Part shown: positions 1 through 12,282 of the stretch, one piece after another
How positions within the stretch are numbered: position 1 is the first letter of the stretch
Layout of the letters: every line of letters begins with the position of its first letter
NCBI GenBank assembly: GCA_951406725.2
Contig: OX597820.1
Location: forward strand, 27,776,001 to 27,840,000
Source of the DNA: Octopus vulgaris
Lineage: Eukaryota
Direction of reading: 5' to 3'
Length of the DNA: 64,000 nucleotides
The notes under the pieces: model-generated
What the model was told of the DNA's origin: nothing
Databases searched by the model: none
Seen by the model: the letters and a program-made list of their open reading frames with translations, nothing else
Program-made: the position numbers and the translations under genes

Positions 1-39
<39 letters not shown>

Positions 40-40
40 T

Positions 41-92
<52 letters not shown>

Positions 93-337
93 CGCAGATA
101 AACGCAAAAACACGCACGCACACATACATTCATAATTGTGCTCCTCATGGGCACATTGTTGTGTGTGTTTATGTGTGTGTGTGTATGTGCGTGTGTGTGT
201 ATGTGCGTGTGTGTGTATGTGCGTGTGTGTGTATGTATTTACATATTTATATATACACAAACATATTCACACAGGCACTGACACACAGTTACACATATGC
301 ATGGACGCACTTTCGTGTGTGTGTGTGTGTGTGTGTG
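1..337. repeat. (AT)n and (GT)n microsatellites
   Basis: (AT)n at 1-92; imperfect (GT)n at 160-337. Confidence 0.95.
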
Positions 338-708
338 AGTCTACCATTAAAAACTTCATGAATGCCAAGTCACGCCTCAACAATCATAGCTAGGTACCCT
401 CTGAGGATATAATTGTGAGTTTCTAGTGTTTATCAGATTCCTACGAATCAAACTTATTATTTTAATCAGGTAAAAACTTGGAAAGAAACGTAGCTAACGT
501 TATTAATAATTATTGGTGTAAAAATATAAAGTTACATTCAAAAGAATTTAGACGTAAATGAATGATTTATAAAATATGTATGGTTTACTGGAGCATTATA
601 AATAGAACACAATAAGTAAATAATGTAAAATCCTTCCAGAGATGTCTATGAGAAATTCTGTTTGAGATCGAAATGGTTACTCAACGTTTCTTCTACAAAG
701 TAATGCAT

Positions 709-1115
709 AGGCGCAGGAGTGACTGCGTGATAAGTAGCTTGTTTACCAACCATATGGTTCCGAGTTCATTCCCGCTGCGTGGCACCTTGGGCAAGTGTTT
801 TCTACTATAGCCTCGGACCGACCAAAGCTTTGTGAGTGGATTTGGTAGACGGAAAGTGAAAAGAAGCCCGTCGTATATATATGTGTGTGTGTCTGTGTTT
901 GTCCCCCCCCCCCAATATCACTTGACAAACGATGCTAGTGTGTTTATGTCCCTGTAACTTAGCGGCTCGGCAAAAGAGACCGATAGAATAAGTACTAGGC
1001 TTCCAAAGAATAAGTTCCGGGGTCAATTTGCTCGACTAAAGGCGGTGCTTCAGCATGGCCGCAGTCAAATGAGTGAAACAAGTAAAAGAGTAAAAGAGCA
1101 AAGAGTAAAAGAGTA
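709..1115 (+). mobile_element. tRNA-derived SINE family A, full length
   Basis: Head GGCGCAGGAGTGACTGCGTGATAAG with B-box-like GAGTTCATTCC, internal (AT)/(GT) tract, tail GAAACAAGTAAAAGAG repeats; over 10 homologues in the window. Confidence 0.9.
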
Positions 1116-1360
1116 TAGAAAAATAGAGGTATCTGGGAACATTTTGTTGTCTTTCTCTTATATGTCTCCTTCTCTTTATGGAGATCGGATAGATTTGTGC
1201 GAAAATATTATTCCAGACACAAATATAGTTGGAACAACCTCGAAAATTATATGACGTGTGTTTACGAATGGATGTAAATGTTAATGCACCTTTTATGTTC
1301 AAACACACCCACACACACACAAACATGCACACACATACACAAACGTATATATTCTGTTAT

Positions 1361-1747
1361 TCTTTTACTTTGTTTCAGTGATCAGGCTGTGGTCATGCTG
1401 AGTCACCGCCTTAAAGAATTTTAGTCGAAGGAATCGACCCGAGATAACATGTTTTTTAACTCTCGTACTTATTCTATTGGTTAAGACGCTAAGTTACTAG
1501 GACGTAAACACACCAACACCGGTTGTCAAGCAGTGGTGGAGGACGAGTGCAGACACTAAGACATATACAGACATATACATGTATGACATACCTCTTTCAG
1601 TTTCCGTACACCAAATTAACTCACAAGAGTTTTGTCAACACATAGCTATTGTAGCAGACACTTGCCCAAGGTGCCAAGCAGTAGGAATCAATCCGGAACC
1701 AGATTGTTGGGACACAAACTTCCTACTCCACAGCAACGCCTGCGCCT
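1361..1747 (-). mobile_element. SINE family A, diverged full-length copy
   Basis: Reverse-complement homologue of 709-1115 from head to tail. Confidence 0.85.
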
Positions 1748-2009
1748 GTATATATACATTACACATGTTAATATATGCATCAATTATATCTTATATAAAA
1801 CTAATTTAACAGTAATTTAAAGGGTTATTCTAAAGGTTTTAGTAAAATACCATTTCACTTTACTTGTCATGACTGATAACTAAGTCAAACCTACGAAGTC
1901 CTTGTCAGCTTTACTTATAAAGTGTCGGGTTTTATTTCTCAAGACATATTTTTGAAAAAAAAAAATACATATTTTAAACATTTATATTTCTAGTCCCCAA
2001 TGGGGTTGG

Positions 2010-2340
2010 AGAATCATCAGCAACGTTTTTCTTCTTGTCAACCTTTTTGTAAAGATACTACATGTTTTTCTAGTTGGCTGTTTTGAAACGAATACCGCCT
2101 CACGCTAGGGTTCACCTTTTGGGGGTCTTTTTGCTGGAGGCCAATTAACCATGCGGAATGGGTTTTGAGATCATCTCATATGACTTACGATGTAAATGAC
2201 TCAGCAGAAGCATCGTTGCTGCTGTAGGATGGATCTTGAGTGTAACATAACGGGAAACAGAATTAGGAAGTTTGTGACACTTTTTGCCCACTTCATGTTG
2301 GTAAACTTTCTCAGGCTGTGTTGGTGCAAGGCTTAGAAGC
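2010..2340 (-). mobile_element. Degenerate RTE-clade LINE C-terminal fragment
   Basis: Translation LLSHLHRKSYEMISKPIPHG*LASSKKTPKR resembles RTE WLGHVHRM...IPKxILYGELAxGKRxxGRP. Confidence 0.45.
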
Positions 2341-2539
2341 ATACACACACACACAGCCGTTTGCCTAATCAGAAATATTGAGTTAAATGTAAATAGCACA
2401 TAGTAATAGCTATGATAATGAAGTATAAGAATGTAAACAAATAACTTCCTATGCATTCCATGTGAGCGGAAGTGGTGGGTTTAGAGTGAGAACACCCAAG
2501 TCTTTTCTCTGTACATGGAAATCGTAAAACTACAAAGTA

Positions 2540-3106
2540 TTGAGTTGTCCGAAAAGTTCGTGCCGATTTTTAAAGGAAAGAAAAAGGTCAATAAATACTT
2601 GCCATTACATTTTAATCAACGAAATATGAACCATTTTATTGTACAATGCTTCTCCATCTTTCCTTTAACTTGAAAATACCCTCTTCCCAGAATTGAGGTG
2701 GTTTCATGGCAAAGAATTCATCAAGGTACCTTTTTACGCCATCCAAGGAATTGAAATTTTTACTATTAAAGACTCTTCTGCAAAGACCTGAATAAGTGGA
2801 AATCCGAAGGAGTAATATCTGGTGAACATGGAGGGTGGGGGTAACACATACCAGCCGAGCTGCAGCAATTTTTGTCTGGTTTCCAAAGCATCATGTGCCG
2901 GAAATGAACTTTCTTATTTTCCATTTTAAAGGGTTACAGAATTAGCACAGGTTATAGGAACATAAACATTCTTCTACGAAAAGATAGCTTAAACTGTGCT
3001 CTAAATGGAGGTGTAGTCAAATCGTATTTGATGGACTCAACCATGTTCTAAAAAAAGTCGAAAGGTAAGCTACTATAAATCGGCACGAACTTTCCGGGGA
3101 ACCCAA
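2540..3106 (-). mobile_element. Internally deleted mariner (mellifera-like), copy 1
   Basis: About 30-bp TIRs TTGRGTTGTCCGRAAAGTTCGTGCCGATTT, TA on both sides; N-terminus MENKKVHFRH joined to C-terminal PPCSPDITPSDFHLFRSLQ. Confidence 0.92.
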
Positions 3107-3200
3107 TATTTTGTAAAAGAAAGCCATTATATAAGCGTGAAAATTGTGTGCCGTTACGGTTAAAATTAAAGATCTTTTAATTTTTAATTTCCAGTTACAA

Positions 3201-3218
3201 AGAGAGAGACAGAGTGAC

Positions 3219-3249
<31 letters not shown>

Positions 3250-3335
3250 CAGACAGAGACAGAGAAAGAGAGAGAGAGAAAGAGAGAGAGAGGGAGAAAG
3301 AGAGAGAAAGAGAGAGACAGTCAACAGACAGAGAA
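3201..3335. repeat. (AG)/(AGAC) low-complexity tract
   Basis: Direct inspection. Confidence 0.9.
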
Positions 3336-3399
3336 GAGATTATATTTCCATTTAATTTCAGTTTCCTGTTTAACTGTCAATTGCACAAGATCTTGATTA

Positions 3400-3703
3400 G
3401 GTCGAGGGCGATGAAAACCTTTTGAAAACTTTGCATAGGACTCTGAGCAGGTATCGCCAACCTTTTGGCAAAATTTGATGCAGATTCTGTGCTCATCTTT
3501 CTATGTCATGGTCTATGCGACGATCACACGTTACAGACCTTTCTTCCAGGCACTGTTGTAAACAACGTAAGTAAACTAGAAATTTAAAACTTAGTGCGCA
3601 TACGCAACAGAGATCAAGGTCAATTTGTGCCAAGAGGCTTCTCTTTCCATGCTTTAGCTTCGTTACTATGGTAATAGTCCTGATATTTATTGATCACACC
3701 ACG
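3400..3703 (-). mobile_element. 5' remnant of a second mariner family
   Basis: TA|CGTGGTGTGATCAATAAATATCAGGA terminus; translation EHRICIKFCQKVGDTCSESY matches the mariner N-terminal EQRxxIKFCxKLG. Confidence 0.7.
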
Positions 3704-3797
3704 TATATATATATAGTTAAATATATATACATGTATGTATATATGTATATTATGTATCTATATCTATATCTATATCTATATCTCTCTCTCTCTCTCT

Positions 3798-3840
<43 letters not shown>

Positions 3841-4228
3841 AAATTTATATTTTTCACCGGAATAGTTCAATACTGAATTTTTATTCCGAATAGGCAGATT
3901 GTTACCGAAATGCATTGTGAATAAGCCCGCCGTTTTCATAGATATGTAAAGATAAACATTCGTACATGCTACGACGAATCCTGCGGTTCGCTGTCGGGTA
4001 TGCTATATTGTGTTTTTTCCTTACATGTCTTGAGTTCGTTGCACTGAAGAGCATAGAATGCATATTCTGCATTGGTTGCGAAATCACAGGTGATATGTAA
4101 CTAAATTCTGTTTTTAAATGACTTGCTTTGAAGTTTTGCATTCAGTACAATTTGTTTATTTTAGTAGTTTTGACTGCAAGAGTCCCTCCTAGCGTGCGGT
4201 ACCTATGAATAATAGTACCCTCTATATG

Positions 4229-4279
<51 letters not shown>

Positions 4280-4580
4280 ATATATATGGGAACTGGTCAC
4301 AGAGGATATACAGAGCTTCAAATCTTTTCTTATCATTGTCAAAGATTCTATCACTTAATTTGAACACATTTTTGTAAACTAATTTTTGACACCATAGAGG
4401 ATACACAAAACCTGACACTTTTGAAGCACTTTTTAAATGAGTAAAACTTCTTAAGTGAATAAATTCTTTTAAATGACCCCTGCATTTTCAGATTCTTTTC
4501 CTTATATTTTTACTCGTGCGGTAACGCCCAGCTTTACTTCTTTATATATATATATATGTGTGTGTATGTATATGTATATA

Positions 4581-4825
4581 TTTTTTCGCGCCCTTTTCAA
4601 GCCTAGCCAGGCTCATGGGCCCGGTTTCCCGGTTTCTATGGCGTATGTGTTACCCAGCTGGACGAGACGACAGTCCATCGCAGCGTTATTCATTTTTCCC
4701 AGCTGAGTGAACTGGAGCAACGTGAAATAAAGTGTTTTGCTCAAGAACACAGCGCGTCCGGTCCAGGAATCGAAACCACAATCTTATGATCATGATGCTG
4801 ATACCCTAACCGCTAAGCCATATAC
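4581..4825 (-). mobile_element. tRNA-derived SINE, head Y (CORE-like body) plus tail 1
   Basis: A box TGGCTTAGCGG, B box GGTTTCGATTCC, body TTGAGCAAAACACTTTATTTCACGTTGCTCCAGTTCACTCAGCTG, tail CTGCGATGGACTG...ATAGAAACCGGGAAACCGGGCCC. Confidence 0.85.
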
Positions 4826-6378
4826 GTATAAATTCATGTATATATATATATATATATATACATGTGTGTGTGTATTATTATATGTGCCTGTTTTCGTATA
4901 TGAGAGTGCGTGTGCGTGTTTGTGTGGGAAGTTATAATGGCTTTCTTCAATTTCTATCCGTGTAGTTAATGTCTAAACTCTTACTCATTAAATGGCAATT
5001 AGTTTCTGATGGCATATCTATACAAGGAACAATTACTATGTTTCGGACAACTAGATTATAGTATAATAGAAATGCACATTTCAATTAACTTTTAGGGATT
5101 GAGAGTAAAACTCGACCCTCGTGAGAGTTTAGATTCTAAACCGTCGAAAATATAACTTGTAAGGAAAATCCTTAGCTTTAATTAAAATGTTTGCATCTTT
5201 CAACGTGTGAATTCATTTAAAGTATAGATTGGAAAATGATTACTTATCTCCAATAAGAGTACTTGCAGCATCCATTGATTTGAATTCGTAAATATCTTGT
5301 CGAATGCGTGGTCGAAGATGGCATCAATTTTACCTGAGATGGTTCTTCTGCCCGGCGCTAAGCCATTTCGATATTACATACATTCAATGAATGTTAATAA
5401 ATCGATAATTTTATTATCATGAAATTATATGATATTGTCATAAAACTTGCTAGCTAACAAGATATTCTCACTGAGGAATAAAATTACCGTTGAATTAGTA
5501 TTTAAATTACAAAATACGACAAAAGTGTATTAATAACATCTACCACAAATATATCTTGGTTCTGTTTTAATTCTTTAATTATAAGTAATTTAACAACACA
5601 ATTCGTTCGGAAATGCTTGTATAATATCTACTTCTTTAATCTTGAAATATAATAACATATTTTGAAATGAAAAGAGACGCCTTTACCCAAAATAAAATTT
5701 CAAAACACCAGAAAACTGTCTAGGTTTTTCTAAGAACGGTAGTTATCTTACATATATCTTCTATAATTACGAGTCTGTAATTATTCATAATAATGTAGAG
5801 ATTTATCGCGTATATCATACAGTGACAGCAAGTTGATATATCATTTAAGAGAATAGTAATTTAGAATTTAAGATTAGAATTCAAAGTGAATAACTTCATT
5901 ACGTTATCGACTATCAGGAATTCTACTGACGTGGGGGATAAAGCATTATACAACCAATTGATAGAAAGCAGAAAATTTCTCATCTAAACCTTTAGGTGTT
6001 AGCAACTTCTGTTGGACTTTTTAATTTTTTTTATAAAGGAAATGGATGAGATTTTCGTGTGATAATCGATTCGATTTGTGCTTGTGAAATGTAATAAATC
6101 ATGTTGTGTTTTTTTTAATCTTATTTGGAACTTTTTGCTACCTTATAAAATTACATGAGAGGCTATGTGGTTCAGATGCGAGACATTGTTTCAGGCGAAT
6201 GCTTAATTGCGTTGTTGAAATGCTTACTATACCATTATCATGATTAATCGGTCCGGACCCCGTGTGCTGCTCATAAAAGCAAATATATCTCTTTCTATAT
6301 CCATCTAGTGAGTAAAATTTGGTATTGCAAAATTATTAAGAAGCTGAATGTGTAAGTGTACACATATATACGTACACA

Positions 6379-6925
6379 TTTTCTGCTGATGATTTAAAGT
6401 TATACTCTGGTTAAATGACCGGTATCAAGAGACAATTAGAACTAGTCACTAAATTCTCACGTGATATAGGAACGGTGTTTGAGAAAGATAAATTCTCGTA
6501 CATGACAGTCCACCGAGGAAAGATTGTCGACCCGGCAGAGAGCATGTACATGAACAGTTTGCCCCTCTCCCCTATCTCAAATTATGAAAGCTACAAATGC
6601 ATTGGAATCGATGAAAATATTGCCTACATTGGTGTTGTAACTAAATCCATAATAACAAAAGTGTTCTGTAGACACCTGAAAATATGCATGATAGTGTTGC
6701 ATTTAACAAGACCATATCTAACAATGCTTTTGCAGGACTAGAGATAGTATCGACACATGGGACGTTGGACTGGACACTCGATGAGATGTGCAGCCTGGAC
6801 ATCAAAACCAGAAAGGTAATGACCACCACTGGCAACTTCCACTTTAACAGTGATATCGATAGGAATTATGTCAGACGAAGTGATGATCAGTCCAAACAAC
6901 TTTTGAATGTCGCATTGTATCACCC
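6379..6925 (+). mobile_element. R4/Dong-clade non-LTR retrotransposon RT fragment
   Basis: ADDLKLY, YKCIGIDEN, NKTISNNAFA, LDWTLDEMCSLDIKTRKVMT...HFNSDIDRNY; frameshifted; homologous to 33870-35378. Confidence 0.8.
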
Positions 6926-6969
6926 AGGCAACCCCGACTGAACAGTAAAAGAAAGAAATGAATACATTC

Positions 6970-7500
6970 CATACAAACTCAAAACACTGTAAAAGCTGTG
7001 TTACATGCTATGGAAAGCTGCAATGGAGACTAAAAAGATGTGGCCAGATGAAGGACATGTACCAAGCCTTCTGTTTCTGTCTGTACGCGGGAATTCATTC
7101 CCACGTATTTTAACGGAGCCTTACGATCAAGACGGCTAGATGACACTGCTACAGACTATTGTCAGCAATAGATGGAAAGGGTTGGATTCGACTCCTTGCC
7201 ATATCTCCAGAGAAAGTCAAAATTGTTTGTCGGAGAATTTCTACGACTTCACTATATCCAATTTCTGGCCTCTTAATAATCCCGATTGTAGTACCATGTA
7301 TGTGTGAAATGTGGCTATGAGAAAAATATCTATCTATTTGCCTGCATCAGTAAGGCAGAGCTGGTGGCCAAGATGAAAGAGGTATTCGAAGATCTTCTCA
7401 AAGACGCAGCGAGAAACGTATGCACCAGGTTCCACAACCGATTTGAGGCCGTGGTGTAAGTTCAGTGCGGCTATTTTGAGTGAACTGTTATCTCCCAAAC
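6970..7500 (+). mobile_element. maT/DD37D-like transposase remnant
   Basis: DSTPCHISRESQNCLSENFYDFTISNFWPLNNPDC...CTRFHNRFEAVV*VQCGYFE*; homologous to 13158-14142. Confidence 0.75.
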
Positions 7501-7942
7501 ATAATGCAGTTGATACTTTTTTATTATTTTTTTACATCACAGCTTTTCAGAATGGACGTTAACCACATCACTATCATAGATATCAGAGGGCCCAAAAACA
7601 CCATTTATAGAAACCCTTCTTTCTGAACAATCAAATGAAAATTAAAGAAAAAAAATGTTTATTACAAATGCAGACACATAACGAAATACTTTCATTGATG
7701 TCAAAATATACCAATAACCCCTTTACCAATATATGCCCATTCTTTAGATATAAAAAAATCATTTATGAGCATAAAATATATAACTTAGTGATGCAATGAT
7801 ATTCAGGTATGCATCTGGTTTATTTTGCCTCCTTTTATATCTCTGGAATCGATAAAATAACTTTTTTATTGATCATAATCTTCTCTTAATTGTCACTAAT
7901 AAACTTTGATTGCTGTGTTTGACTACGTCCGAGGATAAAATT

Positions 7943-7965
7943 TATCATCATCATCATCATCATCA

Positions 7966-8011
<46 letters not shown>

Positions 8012-8388
8012 CATTATCATCATCATCATCATTACTATTATGGTGGCTAGACGGTGGAACCGTTAACACGCTGGCCGAAATGTTTTCTGGCATTTCATCC
8101 GTCTGTACGTTCTGAGTTCAATTTCCACCGAGGTCGATTTTGCCTTTCATCCTTTCGGGGCCGATATATTAAGTACCAGTGTAATCGACAAGTCCCCTCC
8201 GCCATAATTTCAGGATTATTATTATCATTATTGCTATTATTTAATTATTATTACTGTTATTATTGTTGTTATTATTATTGTTGTTGTTATCATTATTATT
8301 GTTATTATTATTAATATTCTTGTCATTATTATTATTATTATTATTGTTATTATTATTTTTGTTATTGTTATTGTTATTATTATCATAA
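7943..8388. repeat. (ATC)/(ATT)/(GTT) tracts flanking a SINE-B copy at about 8045-8215
   Basis: Direct inspection; internal GAGGTCGATTTTGCCTTTCATCCTTTCGGGG. Confidence 0.85.
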
Positions 8389-8878
8389 TTCAGTGAGAGA
8401 GCAGCGCATGCCATCAGAGTAATACTGGGATAAAATATACAAAACCTAATATACCCATCATGACTGCCCGTCTGATAAGAGTATACCAGGTACATGCATC
8501 ACAACCATATGTGCGTGACATGGTGATCTCATATCAAGATAAACAGCACTTGACCTTGCAGGTGGGAGCCAGTTAGATTTTCCTTCAGTTTGTGTAGCCT
8601 ATCCCGCTCAAAAGGTCCCTGAATAAGGGTTGTTTAAGGACGTTGAACGAAACACCCATATTTCCAAATGTGAATTATCCAAACCCCAAAGAATTCATCT
8701 CAACATATGGCTATGATGTTCCCCCACAACTTCTGCTCCTGATCATAGTTACTTAAATCGTCAGCCACTAAGGGACATAATCAACTGGTTAAGGTCAAAC
8801 AACTGACAAGCAAATCCGTGCTATAGAGGTTTATATTTGCTATGTCCCATTTTATAGTTATTATTATTGTCATTGTAA

Positions 8879-9950
8879 GGCGGCGAGGTGGCAGAAACGT
8901 TAGCACGCCGGGCGAAATGCGTAGCCGTATTTCGTCTGCCGTTACGTTCTGAGTTCAAATTCCGCTGAGGTCGACTTTGCCTTTCATCCTTTCGGGGTCG
9001 ATAAATTAAGTACCAGTTACACACTGGGGTCGATATAATCGACTAATCCGTTTGTCTTTCCTTGTTTGTCCTCTCTCTGTTTAGCCCCTTGTGGGTGGTA
9101 AAGAAATGGGTATTTTGTCTGTCTTTACGTTCTGAATTCAAATTCCGTCGAGGTCATCTTTACCTTTCATCTTTTCGGGTCGATAAATTAAGTACCATTT
9201 GCATACTAAGATCAATCTAGTCAACTGGCCCACTCTCCAAAAATTTCGGGCCTTGTGCCAAGAGTAGAAAAGATTAGTATTGATATTTTTATTATTGTTA
9301 TTGTTGTAGTTGTTATTGTTATTATTATTGTTGTTGTTAGAGTTGTTGTTAAGGTGGCGGGTTGGCAGGATCGTCAGTACGTCATACAAAATGCTTAGCG
9401 GCATTTCGTCTGTCTTTATGTTCTAAATTCAACTGACTTTTGAGTACCGGGGTGGGGTCAGTGTAATCGACTTTCGCCATCCCTGACATTGCTGACGTTG
9501 TGCCAAATTTTAGGCCCCTTATATTCGTGGTATCTAAGCTGCTAGAATCTTGAGCAACTTGGACAAAATACTTAAATACTTAGTCGCATTTCATCCGTCT
9601 TTACTTTCTGAGTTCAAATCCCAGAGAAGTCGACTCTGCCTTTGATGATTTCAGGGTCGATAAAATAAGTACCAGTCCAGCACTGGGATCGCTGTAATGA
9701 ACTAAACCCAGCTCTGAAATTCCTGGTCTTATGCCTGTAGTAGAAAGGATTATTTTAGGTGGTGAGCTATAAAAACTCTTACTACACGGACAAAATGCTG
9801 AGCGACATTTACACCGTGTTTACGTTCTTAGTTCAAATCCACTGAAGTCGACTTTGCACTTCATTCTTTCGGGTTCGATAAAATAAGTACTATTTGAATG
9901 CTAATGTAATTGACTAACTATCCCCCCGTGATTTCAGGGTTTGTGCTTAG
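8879..9950 (+). mobile_element. Head-to-tail cluster of about 5 SINE family B copies; youngest at 8879-9108
   Basis: Repeated GTTCTGAGTTCAAATTCC and GTCGACTTTGCCTTTCATCCTTTCGGGGTCGATAAA(T/A)TAAGTACC; this core resembles the Meta/MESC SINE domain (from memory). Confidence 0.88.
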
Positions 9951-10110
9951 AATATAATGAGGGGCTAAATCCATACTTTCTTCACAGACTCCATTCAGTT
10001 TGGATAAAAATTATTCATAGAGCGGAACAGGAAACCACCCGTGACTTGCTGACTTGTTGCAACCCATAAGAGTCTACTAAAATATTTCGGCGTATATTCT
10101 ACTAAAATAT

Positions 10111-10354
10111 ATATGGCGTAGTGGTTAAGAACGACGGGCTACTAACCCCAAGATTCCGAGTTCAATTCCAGGCAGTGACCTGAATAATAATAATAATAAT
10201 AATAATAACAGCAGCAACATCAAAAATGTCTTAGAAATGAGAACCCAGGTTCGAAATTTCGCTAAGACAACTGATGTAGAGTATATCAGCCGAAACGTTG
10301 TGTTAGCGAAAAAAAAAAAATGAGGACAAATATCCGTCAAATGTAAATAATGTA
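10111..10354 (+). mobile_element. tRNA-headed unit with PLE-type tail and damaged hammerhead
   Basis: A box TGGCGTAGTGG, B box GAGTTCAATTCC, (AAT)n, CTGATG...CAGCCGAAACGTTGTGTT; homologous to 57591-57765. Confidence 0.75.
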
Positions 10355-10379
10355 TCTATTCATTATATTAGTGATATCC

Positions 10380-10935
10380 TGAAGGCGCACGGCTCAGTGG
10401 TTAGGAGCATTAAGGTCACAATCGTAACGTTGAGATTTGAATGTATTTCATGTGAGTGGATTTGGTAGACGGAAACTGAACGAAGCCTGTCGTATATATG
10501 TATATATATATATGTATGTGTTTGTCCCCCTAGCATTGCTTGACAACCGATACTGCTGTGCTTACGTCCCCGTCACTTAGCGGTTCGGCAAAAAGAGACC
10601 GATAGAATAAGTACTGGGCTTACAAAGAATAAGTCCCGGGGTCGATTTGCTCGACTAAAGGCGGTGCTCCAGCATGGCCGCAGTCAAATGACTGAAACAA
10701 GTAAAAGAGAGTAAAGAGTAAATACGTTCAACTGGCAAAAATAGGTAGTTCCTGCATTTGAAATATCCAGCCTTGTAACAATCTGTGGCAGTCTGAATTT
10801 CCTTGAGTCCTACGAGGGGGGGGGGGGGAGTACGTGTATCTGTTGAGTGCTCAGCCATTTGTATGTTAATTTCACGAGCAGAGTGTTTCATTGATCAGAA
10901 TCGACTGGAATACTCGTCGTCGCAACTGACGGAGG
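10380..10935 (+). mobile_element. Head-Y/tail-2 SINE interrupted by a 5'-truncated family A copy (10452-10720)
   Basis: Head GGCGCACGGCTCAGTGGTTAGG; family A 3' half; tail 2 GAGTGCTCAGCC...TTAATTTCACGAGCAG. Confidence 0.75.
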
Positions 10936-11685
10936 AGAAGGAGAAATCACGTGCCTCTCGGGATATTTGAACTCGAAACTAAATTACGTTAGACCTTCAG
11001 CCGAGTGTTTCATTTCTCCTTTTGCTCGAAAGTAAAATCCGTATGAAATATAAATAAATTACTTTAAAGTTAAAAACACAAAATAAATAAGATGCTTTTG
11101 TATCGTAAAAATTAAACGATTAAAAACATATAAAAATATACAAATGCACACAAATATACACAAAATATTTAACACATGCATAAACAAAGAAACATAAACA
11201 CATACACGATGAACGATACATTCAAGCATACACGAAAACATACGTACACATGCTTAGACGGAGAGAAACGAAGACAGATACTATAGCACTGCAATTCGTC
11301 AGTAACAATGATAAGACGTTGCTATTCTGCAGTGCATGTCAAGTACCATTGCTGAATAGTTTATTAAATAATTCAATTAGAGTGTCTAGGAAGAGGTTGT
11401 TAATAATTCTACGAGAATTGTTCTCCAATTAATTGTATGCTGATTTAATTAATTCGTTATATCTGCCAGCTTCGCCTGCACAGGCTGCATTTAAAGGGTT
11501 TCTAATGGCAGTAAATCTATTTATTTTTATAGGTTAGAGTTAAACGGTACGCATATGGTTCATATAACTACGCACTCATGCAAGACGCGCGGACACACGG
11601 ACACACAGACATACAGATGCACATACAGACACACACATGCACACACGCATATATTCATATATGCATACATGTATTTACGTGAATG

Positions 11686-11691
11686 TATATA

Positions 11692-11775
<84 letters not shown>
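11686..11775. repeat. (AT)n microsatellite
   Basis: Direct inspection. Confidence 0.95.
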
Positions 11776-11776
<1 letters not shown>

Positions 11777-11785
11777 CATATGTAT

Positions 11786-12066
11786 GTGGAGGTGCAATGA
11801 CCCACTGGTTAGGGCAGCTGACTCACTGTCGGAGGATCGTGGTTTCAATTCCCAGGCCGGGCGTTGTGTGTGTTTATTGAGCGAAAACATCTAAACCTCC
11901 ACGAGGCTCGGGCAGGGGGGTGGGGTGGAGCCTCCTGTTGTACTCTTTCGCCCCAACTTTCTCTCACTCTTTCTACCTGTTTCTTGAGTAACGCTGCGAT
12001 GGACTGGCGTCTCGTCCAGCTTTGGGTGGGGATATACGCCATAGAAACCGGGAAACCTGGCCCAGA
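11786..12066 (+). mobile_element. tRNA-derived SINE, head X plus tail 1
   Basis: Head GTGGAGGTGCAATGACCCACTGGTTAGGGCAG matches the 55160 copy; tail matches 4581-4690. Confidence 0.85.
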
Positions 12067-12097
12067 TGTGTGTAGGTCATGTAGACTTATAAGGCTG

Positions 12098-12216
12098 GTG
12101 ATGAGTGGACTGAAGCAACATGAAACGAAGTGTTTTGCTGAAGAACACCCGGTTCAGGAATTGAAACCAAAATCTTGCGATCATAAATCCAATACCCTAA
12201 CCACCAAGCCACGCGC
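12098..12216 (-). mobile_element. SINE head Y fragment
   Basis: Homologous to 4700-4825. Confidence 0.7.
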
Positions 12217-12282
12217 ATGTGTACGTATGTATGTATGTCTGTCAGTCTGTCTGTTTGTCTCTATATATATAATCTAGATCAG

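Noticed and set aside
8879-9950. CRISPR-like repeat-spacer array
   Set aside because: Units are diverged SINE copies of about 200 bp with irregular spacing; eukaryotic context and no cas genes
10111-10182. Functional tRNA gene here or at other SINE heads
   Set aside because: No proper acceptor stem or oligo-T terminator; each continues into repeat body sequence
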